A stretch of 45,673 nt of DNA, filler included, from Streblomastix strix (Eukaryota): NCBI GenBank assembly GCA_008636045.1. It is 2 parts of 2 records of this genome, joined end to end, with 100 filler letters (N's around TTAATTAATTAA, not from the genome) between each part and the next. Parts side by side here need not be neighbours in the genome. Positions count along the whole stretch, not along the records: positions 22,897 to 45,673 come from SNRW01000308.1; 1 more part is not named here. The stretch is one strand, 5' to 3'. The notes under the pieces are model-generated. The model was not told the origin of the DNA, did not search any database, and worked only from the letters and a program-made list of their open reading frames with translations. A program made the translations under genes and the position numbers. This document shows positions 22,899-37,800 of the stretch, piece after piece. Within the stretch, counting starts at the first letter, position 1; the number at the start of each line of letters is the position of its first letter.

Positions 22899-25800
22899 CT
22901 ATTAGAACGTGCTTTGTATGACTTCAACAAGGAGAAAAATATTTGTGATATTGTAACGCAGTATTCTGATATTTCAGTTGATTAATAAGAATAAAGATTG
23001 AGAATGCGATATGGGATGGAATGGATACCATCACTTGATGCAATTCAGCGTATTCCGAGTACTGATGAAATGCTTTAGATAGAAAATTCACTTTATGCAG
23101 CTATCTGCGATGCTAATGGATATTCTGCACAAATTTGTGGACCACTAGTATCAGTAAATGACGATTAATAAAGATTAATAATAGGACTGATTAAAGATTT
23201 TGTTCATGGAATGGGAAGAAATATGTATACATTCCAATGCACAGAATTGACCGACATGACTGATATTGAGAAATTTCTACTCTTCTCATTAGTTGATTCG
23301 CATTTTGTACTTCTAACAGGATTGGAACTTTTAAGTGGGCTTGTTCGTCGATCACTGGTTGGATTTCTGAAGTTGATATGGGAATGGAGAATGAATCACT
23401 CAGATCCTCGAGCTACAGGAACAGAAGTGTTTAATTTGGAAGGAATAAGAACTAGAATCCGAATGCCTTTAAAAGAATGGGGCATTTTTGGGATCTTTGT
23501 GATTGGGATGCAATCGTAAGAAGGCCGGACTGATTTTTTTGAGGTTCCTGATGATATGGAAGGAATATTCAGAGTCATTAATGCACTTCGACTAAATGTT
23601 TCTAATTGCATGTCTGCACTTCTCTGTTCAGAAGGATTTAATAAATTTTCTCTCTTATGTGTAAAGATTGAACATTTCCTATAAGCATTCTAGGGTGCAA
23701 TGAGTTATGAATTCAAATAATATGATTAATAAATATCTAAGAAGGTTGAATCACTTCCATTTTTGAAGAAAATTTCACGTTCTTGTGGATAAATACTTAG
23801 ACAACTAATATCATCCATTGGTTCAAATTTAATTGCAACAGCAGCTGTGGCTTCAGCATCAGCAGCTGCAGAAGCTGCATTAGCATCTGTTGGAAAATCA
23901 ACTAGATAAACTGATGATAGTTTGAGTCATTAACCATCAATAATGCTAGGAAAGAATGATTTTAGAGATTTAGGATATAAAGGAATAAGAGGAAGTGAAG
24001 ATAGTAGTAATAAAATGAGATCTATAATAGAAAGTAATGTTGGAGAAAAGAGTGAAAGTAGTAGTGATAATTAGAGGAATGAATAAAAAAGAAGATATTT
24101 GAGTCGAATTGATACATCATAGATTGTTGGGATTATGGGAGAATATGAAGAAGTTATTTGGCTTTAGGAATAGATAATGATGAGTCCAATAGATTATTCA
24201 TAAGAAACAGTATTTCATGGAGAAGAGTTGGAAGAATTAGCATGTCGAATAGGACTATGGAATGCTATTTCTGATCTATACAACACAATCACGCCATTAT
24301 CACTAATTGATCCAGTACATACATCTCATCCACGCTCAGAGGAATCTAAACATATTTTACCTCCTTTATTAGATTCAATCAGATCTTTACTAGATTCGAC
24401 ATTTCCAAAAAGCTAATAATATTTCTCTTAAACAGAATCGATATAAGTTATTGAGTAGATGATGAACTCAGTGAACCAAGGAGGAATGAATCTGAAACAT
24501 GTTTCAATGAAAGCAGCTGCAAATCTTGCATCAATCAGTGCTTAATAAATTGGATTAGGAGATGATATTATTGGAGTTGGATAATAAGAAGAAGAAATTG
24601 GAGGAGAAATGGAGATATTGGAAATGTTAAATAAAGAAAATAGAAATAATAGAAAAGGAGAAGAAAATGAAAATGCAAAATGGAGTGATTTGACAAAAGC
24701 AATAAGTGGGAAAGGGGGGAAAGGGAATAATTATGTTATTGATAATGTTATGATTTAAAAATGTGAATAAGTTCTTTAAGCTTTAGAAGAGAGTTGGATG
24801 GTTGTATTGAGTGGTCCTCCTGGATGTGGGAAAACATCTGTACTCTAAGTTGTTCGTGATATGTTTGAAAGGAAAATATCAAGATATAAAAAACCTCGAA
24901 TAGTTAAAGTTAATCCTTCAATGTCATTTGTGGGTGATTTGATTATGTACAGGTATAGAGTTGAAAGATCAAAGAAGATAATTTCATAGATTAAAAAAGA
25001 GAATAAAAGTGGAATTAATAATGAAGAAGAATAAATCCCAGAATCTGAAGGTGAAAATAAAGATGCTTAAGATGGTTTAGAAGATGAAGAAAATATGAGA
25101 AAACTATTATTTGGAGGCAATGGAGAAAAATAAAGATAGAAATTTGTTATTATGTTAGGGTTAATGAATATAATAAAGAATGCTCTTTGGAAGAATGAAG
25201 TGAAATAGAGGATGAAATTAATAGAAAGATAATAACGTTAATTTCGATAATAACGGCATGGGAAAAAGAAGTAAAGAGAATATATTGAAAAGATTGAGTT
25301 GCAAAAGGGAGTTATTGAAGGAATTGATGGAGCCTTGAATGGAGAAGGAAGCTAATTTGAAGTTCCTATATGGTTGGTGCTGAGTTTTACACATAGTGCA
25401 GCTATCAAATCTTTTTCACAGCTTTTTCCTTATCTTTTCTCATGTAATATTTAAGAAGAAGGATTACACATTGAAATAAACTACTCTCACAAAGAAAGAT
25501 AAATTTTACCCATAAATTCTAGAATTATTATTGAACTAAACATGGGATTAACTGAATTGCCTTCATCTGCACTTCAATTTGATCCAATTATAAATATTCA
25601 TTTCCAGACATAGACAATTATTGGATGGGTTTTGGAAAAATTTGTAGAATAAAGTCGAAAATAACGACTGATTCCAAATGAATTCATTGAGGCATGTATA
25701 TTAATACTACGAAATACACTAATTAAATGTTTTGGATTCTTAAATATGCAAACATTTTCTATATTGCATTCTTCTCAATCGCAAATTCCAACAACTGGAC

Positions 25801-28800
25801 TAATAAAAACAACTGTAATGTTATTTATATCACTTGTAAAAATTCACAAAAAATATTTTCATTCAGGATTAGGGATGGAAATTCTTTATTTATATATAAT
25901 TTATTCAGTGATTTGGGGTTGTGCTGGTCATCTTCAAAACAATCATCCAAGTCGTGGACTTTTTAAGACCTGGATAAAATAATGGGAAAAATTAAATCCA
26001 TCTCAGATTAAAAGGTTGAATAATGATTAAGATATGGATGAAAATTTAGATCCACAAACTCGATAACTGATTGATCCACCAGAAACGAAATATTCACAAT
26101 TTCAAATTAAAGCTGAAATGACGAGAGAATAATTTGATGAGTGGTTTCGAGGAGCATTTGAAGGAGAAGTTGAATTTGAAAAAAGAGGAACAATATTCGA
26201 ATATTATGTAGATCCAATTCGAAGACAAATGACGCATATCTCTTAGTTAGGAAAAATGAAAGTGCCAATTCCATTAATTTAATCTAACTAGTTACTGCCA
26301 GATATAATGGAAAATTATGGACCATTTAATTAGGTTAAGTTACCTGTTGCACTGGGAATGTTCTCAGACAAACCAGTTATTTTACTTGATGATGTTGCAG
26401 TAGATGGTACATCTGTTGCAGACGCACTTGGAACATTAGCTCCAAGTGTAATGAAAGAAATATATCCTTATAATTCTGCATGGATGAAAAGGTGCGAGAA
26501 GAAAGATCATCCTCCTGTTATAATGTATATATCATAACACACAAGATCTGCATTTCCATTACATTCATTCTCGCAACAATTTAAAATGCTTGGAATCAGG
26601 CGATGTGCAGAGAAATGCCCATTATGCTGCCATGTTGTGCATATCATTGACGATCGAGATATTAACAACTCAGAAAGAAGATAGATATCTGAAAAGAAGT
26701 TAAGTTCACACACAGCAGCTGCAGATCATATGTTTGAAATGGCTTCAGATGGTCAAATTATAAATGGGTTATTAGAATACAAGAAGATGCTTAAACAAGT
26801 TCCATTTATTTTTGAAGTAGGAGAAGATCTTTTCTTCTCATAAACAAACAGCGTTCGAATGACAAATTACAGTTTATTACTTTGCCTTCCAAAAGCTTCT
26901 ATTGATGATTATATATAAATAGGAAGAAACATTTGGAAGAAATTTTTGCAACTCAGAACGAAGGAAATATTGGAATATGTTGGAAGATCGAAACTAATTT
27001 ATGATTCAGATATGATTACTCAACCAGATAAGAAAAATAAATTAAATAGAAATGAAGGGTTGAATAAGAGAAATGTTGGAATCAATGTTGAAAATGATTA
27101 AATCAAACTTAAAAAGGATGAGTTTATCAAACATTTAATGTCATTTTACATGGGAAATATCCTTCCAGCTACAATTCATTTGTAGATTGTTCTATTAAAT
27201 GCGAAACATGGACATGCTATACCAGAATTAAAATAATTCATTAAAATTTTATAGAGAATATGTGATTCACCATTGAGTGTGTTGAATAATAATGTATTAC
27301 TTGGATGGTTATGGTTGTGGGAGGTTGAGCGAGAATATGAATAATTGCAGAGGACATCTCGATTGGCATTGATAATATGCAAGATATGTGTATAAATTCA
27401 TTCATTTCACTTCTCTACTAAGAACTTATCCCCAATTGCAACATCAAAAATATCAAATTTAATAATTAAAGAAGCACAAAATTAAGAAAAGAAGGATTAG
27501 GAGAATAAATTGAAAGAGATTTAAATTGATGGATAAGATTTCAATAAAGTTAATTTGAAATCTATAAAGCCAGGAGAAAAGAAAACAGTAAAATTTGACA
27601 AAGTAGAAAATTAAAAAACTTAAAAAAATGATAATTTGTAAGTGATTGAAACTACTGATCTTTAACATCATTTCAATCTTCGATATTGCTTCGCTCCTTT
27701 TACTCAAATCCATAAACTTCTTCCATTTGTCACTGACACACAAGAACATCCTATAACAACAGTCATGCACAATGCGATCTGTCCTGTAATTGATTCTTCA
27801 TGCGATATCAATGTCTACTCCAGATACATTGTTGCCAAATTATGCTACAGTGAGTAATACTCTGTACAATTTCTAAAGTTTACTGAATCACTTTGGTGCA
27901 ATAAAGAACCTCTAATGATCTTTGAATAAGATGTTTCAGTTACACCAATATATATAAGAGCAGCATGTTATCTTCTAAATATGGGCTATGAATTAACACA
28001 AATTCCAACATCTGAGGAGTAACTTCGACCATTCCTTGATTAACTAGCTCTTTTCATTGTTGATATTGGATTAACAGAAGAAATTATTGTAGAGACTAGA
28101 AAATAAAAATTCTAAGAAATAATGACTGAACGAAGTAGAAATTTTAGATCTGAATTTCCTACTTAACGAGGAAGTTCTAAAAATAGTTAATTTAATTCAA
28201 GAAACAATTCACCATTTTAACAATCGGCTACATTATAGTAATTGCCAAGTCTAATTTCATAAATTGGGTATTAAAACGAATACTATACAAGTGAAAAAGG
28301 AGATTTGCAGAGAGAAAAAGTTAGTATTCAAAAGACTTTCACAGATAAAATGGCAAAATCCGAGACGAATTTATTTAATTTCTTCGATTAGCGATTTAAT
28401 TAAACAAGTACTCCACAATTATTCACATTTCAACCAGATATATTGAGTTTGGAGACATCTGAAAAGAAAGATAAAATAAAACGGCAATAAGAACAAAAAT
28501 ACCGATTAGCAAGACAGAAAAGAAAAGCAGGATTGAAATTGAAAAAGTTTTTTGTAACAATATATGGATCATCTCCGAACCAACCAAAGTTTCTGAATCA
28601 TCTGTTAAACACGTTATTTATTGAATCACTCTTTATTTAATCTGTAAAAAGTGATAAAATAAAACCGATTAGTAAGAAGAATGCTCAAAAGTTTCAACTT
28701 GACTCAACATAAGCATATTTCAATTACTTGCTTGGTAGAGTTGCTTATGGATTTCAACGTCGATTTGGTTTGAAATATCTGACAAAATATCAAGCTATAG

Positions 28801-31800
28801 AAACAATGCGGATGGTTCGTGAAACTGGCCGTTATGTTTGTATAATTGGAAATATGGAACAAGTAGGAAATAACGATTTTATAAAACTTTATCTCTCACA
28901 TAGCGTTCATCTCCATATTGTACCGTTGGAAGAACAAGGGCTTACTGATATTGCATTAAGAATACTTCGACCAATGTTTGCACTTATTCCATCATTCATT
29001 AGTATTGAAGAAGATTTCTTTCATCATACTTAACAATTAGCTGGATCTTACAATACAAATGTAAGTGGTTTAGATGGATTGAATTTATTATCAGATTAAA
29101 AAAATAAAGAAAATAATAATAATTCATTGACCAGCTTGCTTGAAGCTACTAGTAAAGTTCTTGCAAAGATTCATTTAGGCGCATTAGGAATATCTCAAAA
29201 TGTTGGAGCAGAAACAACTGTATGGGGATATTTAGATGAAGACAGACTTCTTGGATCATTTCATCTTCCATTGCCTTCATTATAACAATATATTGAAGCA
29301 TTAGAATATGTAGGAAGGTTTTTGTATTTTCGTGTAAGATTTATTAAAAAAAGAATTGCTCTTTCATCATCAGTTATGAACAAGATTTCTGATAATTAAA
29401 GATCTTTAGAATTTTTACGTTAAGGTATTTAATAAGCAAATATTCTTACTGAAGATAAGATTGAAACGAAGAGTTTACAAGAAAGAGTATTAAGTTTGAG
29501 AAGAACAATATCATTGAAAGAATAAGAAAAACATGGTTTGGAAGAATAACTTCAAAAAGCTGTTGAAGAAGCTCAACATGATATTTTATTACGAGGAATT
29601 GGAAAAGAAAATTAAATGAAACTAAGTGAAATTATCAACAATATTGGTTATTGTATGGATTTACTTCATGATTTGCGAGCCACAGGAGCTGAAGCTTTCT
29701 AAGGTGTAGGATAATAACAACATTTTGCAAAGCTTCAAAATCTATTATGTTAATTTGTTTAATCTGGACATGGATTCTCTAATAAAAGAGGATAAATTGA
29801 GTCAATTAGAATCTTGCCATTATCTCAAGGAAATGATTAATATCCGAAATAATCTGTAGCTCGTACAGGATTGGGAATTGAATAGAAATTGAATGATCTA
29901 AAACCTCTGTGGCATATCGATATTACAATGGTTAGTTAAGATATTGCAAATAATATTATGAATACATTAAATACTGAGATCTAACATGAAGATTTGGCAT
30001 TTTATCCAGCAACTTAAAGCATCTTACTTCAGTGGTTGAGAGGAATGTGTGGAGTAGTGAAGATGTTTGAAGGTATTGATATTAACCATGGACTCGGGAA
30101 AATAATTAGAAAACACATTAAAGCTGTGATGTTAGATGCTCGTCTTGAGAGAATATAATTTGTTTAAAAAGCGTTGGAAGAAGATTTAGATATTACTTAA
30201 AAAGCACTAAAAATTGCAGAAGAAAGTAGATAAAATGCAGAAAGTGCAGTTCTTCGTGGACATGTTATCTTAACTTAAGCAGAAGAATTAGCTATTAGGA
30301 CATCAGTTATATATGAGCACATGAATTTAAAGAATTAAGCTTCAACAATTGATCTTCATACTGCAATTGGAGATTCGATATTAGCAACATCAACATTGGT
30401 ATATGGAGATCGTTTTTTCACTGAAGGAAGAAGATTATTCCTTGACAGATGCGTAGTTGCAGAAATCAGATAAGCATTATTACCACTTAGTCAAAATTCA
30501 GACCCGTTGGGAATGTTTGCAGATACGTGTGTAGAGAATTTGTCTTAATTTATGAAACGATGGGACAATGGAATTTATGAGACATTTTTCGAATAAGAAA
30601 AACCATCATAACACACTTCAAAAGGAAATGAAGGAAGTGATGAAGAATAACCCTCTGATAGTTATTCATCATCTGAAAAAGATTATGATTAATCTGAATA
30701 ATTGAAAGTAATTCCTTAAAAAGGACACCAATTTATTTCCAAAGGAATGAATAAAGGAAAGAACGAAAACGTCAATTTAAATTAAGGAAATTTATTGCAA
30801 AGTAATGAAAAACAAGATTAATAAAACATGAATAGACTTTAACATGGAAGACCTCGACCTCATAAAAAGATATTTAATAATTAAATTCTTGAATCAAATT
30901 CTGCATCTAATCCATCTACAATCTCAACAAATTCGATTTTTGAAGTAAAAGAAGAATCATCAGGAATCTATAAAGATAAACGAAACCAAAATGAATAATA
31001 AAAGCAACAATTATCATAATTGACTAACGCTTCAATCTCTTAAGATGAATAAAAAGATAATAAAGTTATTGAAAAAAAAGTGATCAAATAAATATCTTTA
31101 TATAAGAAATCCTCTTGGATTAAACAACGAAAAGTTTAATTATAAAGAATAGGAACAAATATTAGATAAAGTTTTGCAATTTTTAATAAAGATGGCAGTG
31201 AAGAATTTATTTATATGAACCATTACCTGAAAACATTATAGACTCATGGTTTACATATGTTGTTATTACGAGAATCAGAATTATATGATACTACTGTATA
31301 ACTGGAATATTTTGCTGATACATTTGGATAGAGTTCTTCATTATATTAGAGAATAATGAGAAAATATACTACTTTGGTTCGTGCTATTGCATCAGCAAAA
31401 ATGTTTGGATCTAAAAATCAAAATGCAAGTACAGGTGCTTAAGATGAAAGTAATGAAATAAAGAATAATAGGTAAAAACAGTTTGATATTGAAATTAAGA
31501 GTATAGGAGATAATAAATTAGGATGGTGGAACGATAATTAGCATTTAAAAGGGTTTATTAATCATTTATTAGGATAAGAAGAATTTGAATCAGAATTTGA
31601 AGATGCAGGGAATGCATTTTAAGAAAATTAAGAAATTGGATAACTATCAGAAATAGGAAATGATTAGAATGAAGGAAAGAATAGATAATAAGGTGTAAAT
31701 ATATCTGAAATTGGAGGATAAGGAGATATTATAGTTAATTTGCAAGATAATGGAGTATTATAGAGATTAAAGCAACCTCACACATAAATCGGAATAAGTG

Positions 31801-34800
31801 GATCGTAGAGGAAAACAATTGAACTCTTTACACATATTTTATTTTCTTCTGGTTTTTTCTATCTTAATTATAATTTAAACTATTTAAGATTTATGCCTGG
31901 ATTTAGTGATGCAGAAGAATTTGCTATTCAATATCAAAGTGGAATGTAATAAAATTAAGAATAGGATGAGTTTAGTGGATAAATAAACTAAAAAGATATA
32001 AAAATAGATTATTTTCATGAATTATTTGACTAGAAAGAACAAATATAAAATTCTAAATACAGATAATCATTTATTTAACCAGTTTAGAATGAACTGCGAC
32101 ACAAAGTTCGCTCTCATTTGAGATAAGAAAAATTAAAATCAGATATATCAATTAATTAGTATTAATAACCAAATACATCTGAGGGAGATGAAATTAAACA
32201 AAATATTGATTAGAAAGACAATAAAAAGTATGATGAATTAATATAATAAGAAAATATATTAAAATAAATAGTAGAAACTAAGGAATCATAAAATAAAATA
32301 TAAATATAAATAGATTAATTAAATAACAATATCCAAATAAATGAACAGCAAAGAACATAATTCAAAAACACAGACATTGCAAATAAATAAGCATTATTAA
32401 GTATTGAAGCAGGAGCTGCTTAAGGTTTGACCAATAAATGGACTTTTCCAGATCAATTCGCAAGTTATGTTCGATGCCCACTGATTATTGATCCTTTTGA
32501 AGTTATTACTTGCTAAGATGAAAGAATTTTAGGTGGAAGATCAAATAGTTTATATTAAATATATGGAATAGATTCTCCTTCAAATTCTGCATTTGTAATA
32601 TCGCTTGCAGATCCCTAAGCTTATATAAAAATTGTTAATGCTTTACTAATAATATCTTCTTCATAAATTTAATAAACGATTGATGATTCTGAATAAAAAA
32701 ATAATTAGAGAAGTATAGATTAAGAAAAAGTTATATATAAAGTATTTTAAAGATATATTTAATAATAACCATTAAATAATAATGATGCATAATTTATTAA
32801 AAAATAATGCGAATAAGGGAAGCGAGTATGTTTAATTTTGAAAGATGCATGCGATTAAACAATTGACAATAGAATTCTTCATTTACTTGAAACATTTAAT
32901 TTCAGAAAGTTTGGATTTTAAGAAAAGAAAGATCTTTATCTTGAATCATCAATGAAATAGAAGAAGAAGAAGAAGAAAATAATTATTGGAAAGAAAAAGG
33001 AGAAAGCAGGATATAAAAGCCGAAAATCATCCGAAACTGGAGTTTCTAATAAAGATGCAATGGTTATAGACTAGAATGATAATAAGAACTTAACAAATGA
33101 AACAAAATAAAAAGAGATTAGTACATCTGATTTATTAGATCAACAGCTGCATACAAGTATTATGTAACAAAATTACTTTAAATTATAAAATAAAGTATCT
33201 GAGGAAGTAAATAAATCTATGAAACATTTGGGATATGGATTACAAAAAGTTAAAAAAGAAGGAATTTTTTAATTATCTCCTTTCAAATTAAAATTATTAG
33301 ATTGTGGTTTAATGAAAAATGTGAAACGAGGATATTAGAAAAGGAAGTAAGATAAAAAAAGATAAGAAGCTGAGAATATGTTATTGAATAAAAAGAGTGC
33401 TATAAACAATAGCGGCGAAGGTCAAAGTGCAGAAATTGGTAATAAAACTGCAGGTGCAATATAAACTATATCTAAAGACAAAGAAGATTATTATATTGAT
33501 AAAAGTGATGCTAGTTATACAAATGAAAGTGAGACGAATAATATGAAATAAAAAGATGAAAATGAATTAAGTTTAGATGAAGAATCAGAATTCGAAATAG
33601 ATAATGAGTTTGAAACCGAGTCAGAAACAATAGAATCTGTTGAGAGTTATGGAGCTGAACAAGATTTTGAAGAATTCTTTAAAGAAATTGAAAATAAACC
33701 CACTTAAAGAATAAAGACAAACATAAATTCATAAGGAAATAAAATAATTGAAGATGAATAGTTGAGCATATTTGATATTTTTGAGGTTGAATGGCTTCCA
33801 GAAATATTACTACCAAGATTGATGGATATAATCTTGATTGCACATGTAGGAGTTGGATTGACTTTCTCAGGATATTGGCGTGTTTGTACATCTCCTTTCG
33901 TATTGAGACCTTCTTTGGAAGTATTCAGTATGTGGTTATCTCCTCAAATTGGTGAAATTGTATCTGAACATGTAAAAACATATACAGCGCCTGAATTATT
34001 TGATGAAAATGTTAAATCATTATATCCCGAAATTGCAATACCATAAGAATTGGAAAAAAGAAGAGATGAATCATATGTTGATACTCTTGTTTTGGCTGGG
34101 AATCGTTGGATAAGATCTGCAGTTCCATTCAGCAAGTTGGATTATGTCTAAGATATTGAACATTCCGAAACTCTAAGAGAATAAATATAAAAATTTACTG
34201 GAATATCACATTATAAATCAAACCTTGAAAATGTTTATCACCAGCCAACAATAAAATCTTCCCAAACAGACTCTGTAATGGATGAAAATCTATTTTTATT
34301 TGAAGATTAAATTTATGGAATTAATTCTCGAGAATCTCAAACCAACCTTCCATAAGAAAACTATGATACGGTTAAAAGAAACTAACTTGATATAAAACGA
34401 TTAGAAAAGGAATAATTTGGTATAAATAAATTTTCTCAAGAAGAAGCTTCTGCATAGCTTGCAACATTAATTGTATGGTTGCCACAAAACGAAGTTGAAT
34501 ATAAGAAATAATCTCGAATTATTGGTATATTAGCACTAAGATCACGAGAATGCAAATCTTTATTGATTAATGTTCTGAATTGGCTAAACTTTTGTTTACT
34601 ATGGGAAGCTGAATAAGTGAGAGTACTAACAGATAATTTGGCAATAATTGGAGTAGCTTTAATCCGAATGGTTGGCTAACCATTTGGAGAAGGATCACCA
34701 CGAGGATGGATTTATATGAAGTTCCATTCAGTAATCTAACGATTAGTTGAACTTGTCTAATATATACTACATGTTGATGCAAAATAGAACAAACATGGAC

Positions 34801-37800
34801 GTGGAGTTGGATTGGAGATGAGCGCAACAGCATAAGAGATTATTATTGATAATTCACCAAAAGCTCAATACATTGCACCTAAATTACCATCATTTTTAAA
34901 ACCAGAAGAATAGAAATTACAATTGAGAGCTGTTCATCATACTTTGATTAGAATGCATCAAACAGCTGACACAAAATCATCTCCTATTGGAATCACATCA
35001 GAAGTTAATAATTCAATCATTTAACTTGTTGGATCAAAATATCTTGCTTGCGTTTAATAAACTGCATCATCAGATGCAGATTATATATCACAACTATTTT
35101 TCGTTACATTAAGCATGGCAAATCTAAATGGGAAAGGATTAAGTCCACTGGAGATGAATATTCTGATTCAACATAGTACATTCCTCATTCATTCTATCTA
35201 AAACAATATTTACAATGGACATTTGGAATAGTCCAATTTAGAATCTCCTGGATATATGTTCTCTTCAATATTATCTCACTTTCTCCCATTAGAAACTATT
35301 TCACTTCGATGCCAAGGATTAATACCAATGAATCCTGTATCAGGATGGTTAGCTCATGCAATGTGGGAGAATATCTTCACTCTTGCTGCTGTATGTAAAG
35401 TATTTCGCCCATTTATTCTGGATCTTGATCCTTTTGCATAAAATGTGTTTAATGTTATTGATTAACTTCCTCGAAGCGATGTAAACACCCAACAAATGAT
35501 ATTGCAAGCATTGAGATAAACAGCTGTTGCAAAAGAAGAAGGAAATAAGGATATGAGAAACGATGAACTAAATGAAGGAGGAAAGGGAAAGTCAATACTC
35601 AGTACTATGTAATACACAAGTGAATGGATGACTAATTAACATTAATTTGATTAATATATAATAAAAGAATTCAATCGAAAGAGATCAATATCTATTACAG
35701 ACTAAATATCATAGTGGAGAATGGGATTTGAAGAGAATGGAATTGGAGTAGGAAAAGGAAGTGGAGTTGGATTGATGCCATTCAAAGGATCAGAAAGAAG
35801 TGATTCAGATCAAAAAGCCAAAGTTGATAAGAGAGATAAATCATTTAAGAGCACAGATTTTAGCCTCAATTCACCATACACGATGATGACAAACATAGAA
35901 TCACTCGCTTCTTCTTTATTAGGTGGTATTGCTATTAATAATTAAGATAATAATATATTGACAGGAATTGGATTTGGGAATATGTACATGTAAGGAAAGG
36001 AATAAAGTAGAGATCAGATGAGAGGATAAAGTGGTAAGAATATTAAAGGTAAACGAGAAAGAATTGAAGATAAAATAAATGATAATCATTTAGAGATTGA
36101 AGTGGGACAATTAACATCCACCTAGAAAAGATGGGAGGAATGGTTCAACGATTCACAAACAGAACAACTTGAATTGCCGAACAGAGATATGCAGAATTTA
36201 AATATGTTCTAGCGAGTTATTTTAATATATGCTATAAGACCTTTCCGCGTAAAGAATGCAATGTAACTTGCAATTGCATCTAACTAACTTTTTGGTATAG
36301 ATGGAGCATATTATAAAGTTTCATTACCATCATAAACGGTGCAACACAATTCAACGCAGCAGTATTCATTATTAGTGCGCCCAAGTTCATATTTTTATTG
36401 TGGATAAATTTCTCTTGAAACTTATTTAAGTGGAGATCAATTAAAAAGATTTGTTGAAGTAAAAAAGAAAGCTGAAAAGGATAATATTTAGAATTCTCTA
36501 AAAAAATTAGAGAGTACTTAAACGATTGATTCATTGAGTGAAGCAGTGAACTTCTAAAACGCAGGCACCAAAATAATCGATCAAATTACAGAAACATCCT
36601 CAAACACTAAAATGAATCAGCAAATCATACTTTTAGCCACATAAGGATCAACAAATATGATGCCAATAAATGAACAAATGATAATAGAAGACATTGTAAA
36701 CTTTGGAGAGTTGAAGAATGTTCAAGTGCAGTAGATTAAAATACCAGATCTATATCGATCTACACGTGCAGAATTAGAAACTCCAAATATTTATAAAAAA
36801 ACGCACGGACTTAAACGGTAAATGTCAAACGAACTATATAAAGATATCAGTAAAGCGAGTTTAAATTTAGAAAGAAAAGAAAAAGAAATAAAACAACTGA
36901 AATAAAAAGGTGATATTTGGAGTTTGATTTGGTTAAAAGTGGAAAATATCTTAGAGAAAGCCTTAATGTACAATCATTGGGTGACATTAGATGGTATTGA
37001 TGTTAGTAATGAAACATTTGTTCGACGTCTTTCAACTTGGTGCGTATAGAATCTTAATTCTGAAACAAGAAGATATTTAATTTAAAATGCAGAAATGCAA
37101 ATTTCCCCTAGTGATGGATCATCACTTGGAAATTTAGCAACAGAAACGCCAATACGAGGATCAATTACATCATAAAATTAATATAATTTTGATTCTCCAT
37201 CTCATTCTCTATCAAAATAACTAAGTTCATCATCATAAATTACAGCATTATTACAAATATAATCTTCATCAAAAACGCTACCCAGTATTGCAAGTACTTC
37301 TCTTATTCATCCTTTATTAACAAATGTAGAATCACTTGCTTCAATTGAGTAAATCTAAGAAGTTAAATTTAATTCAGGTTAATAAATAGTTGAGAGGTAA
37401 CCTTTTGTTCTTTGGATTGTTTTACCCGAGAGTGCATGTCAATCTGCATCATCCTCTGTACATAAATTTAGTTTAGATTTTTTGTAAATAGCAAAAACAT
37501 TCATGATTCGAGTGCCATGCACATTTAGTGGAGTTATGTTACAATCTCTTTTGAAAAGTGTGGAAATCTGTGGAAATGATAAGATGTATGACGTAGCTCG
37601 ATATTATGAACCAACAGCAACAAAAGAATCATTGACGAACAGACAGATTGTACATTTATTGTTTGTACTGATTACAATATATTCACTTGTCACTGAATAC
37701 TATCGAACAAGAGCTTCCATCATGGAATCGAGATTAATTCGAGTTTCATCTCTTTCAGCAATACGACTTGTGAACTTTATATTGTCTCCGCCTGCCATTT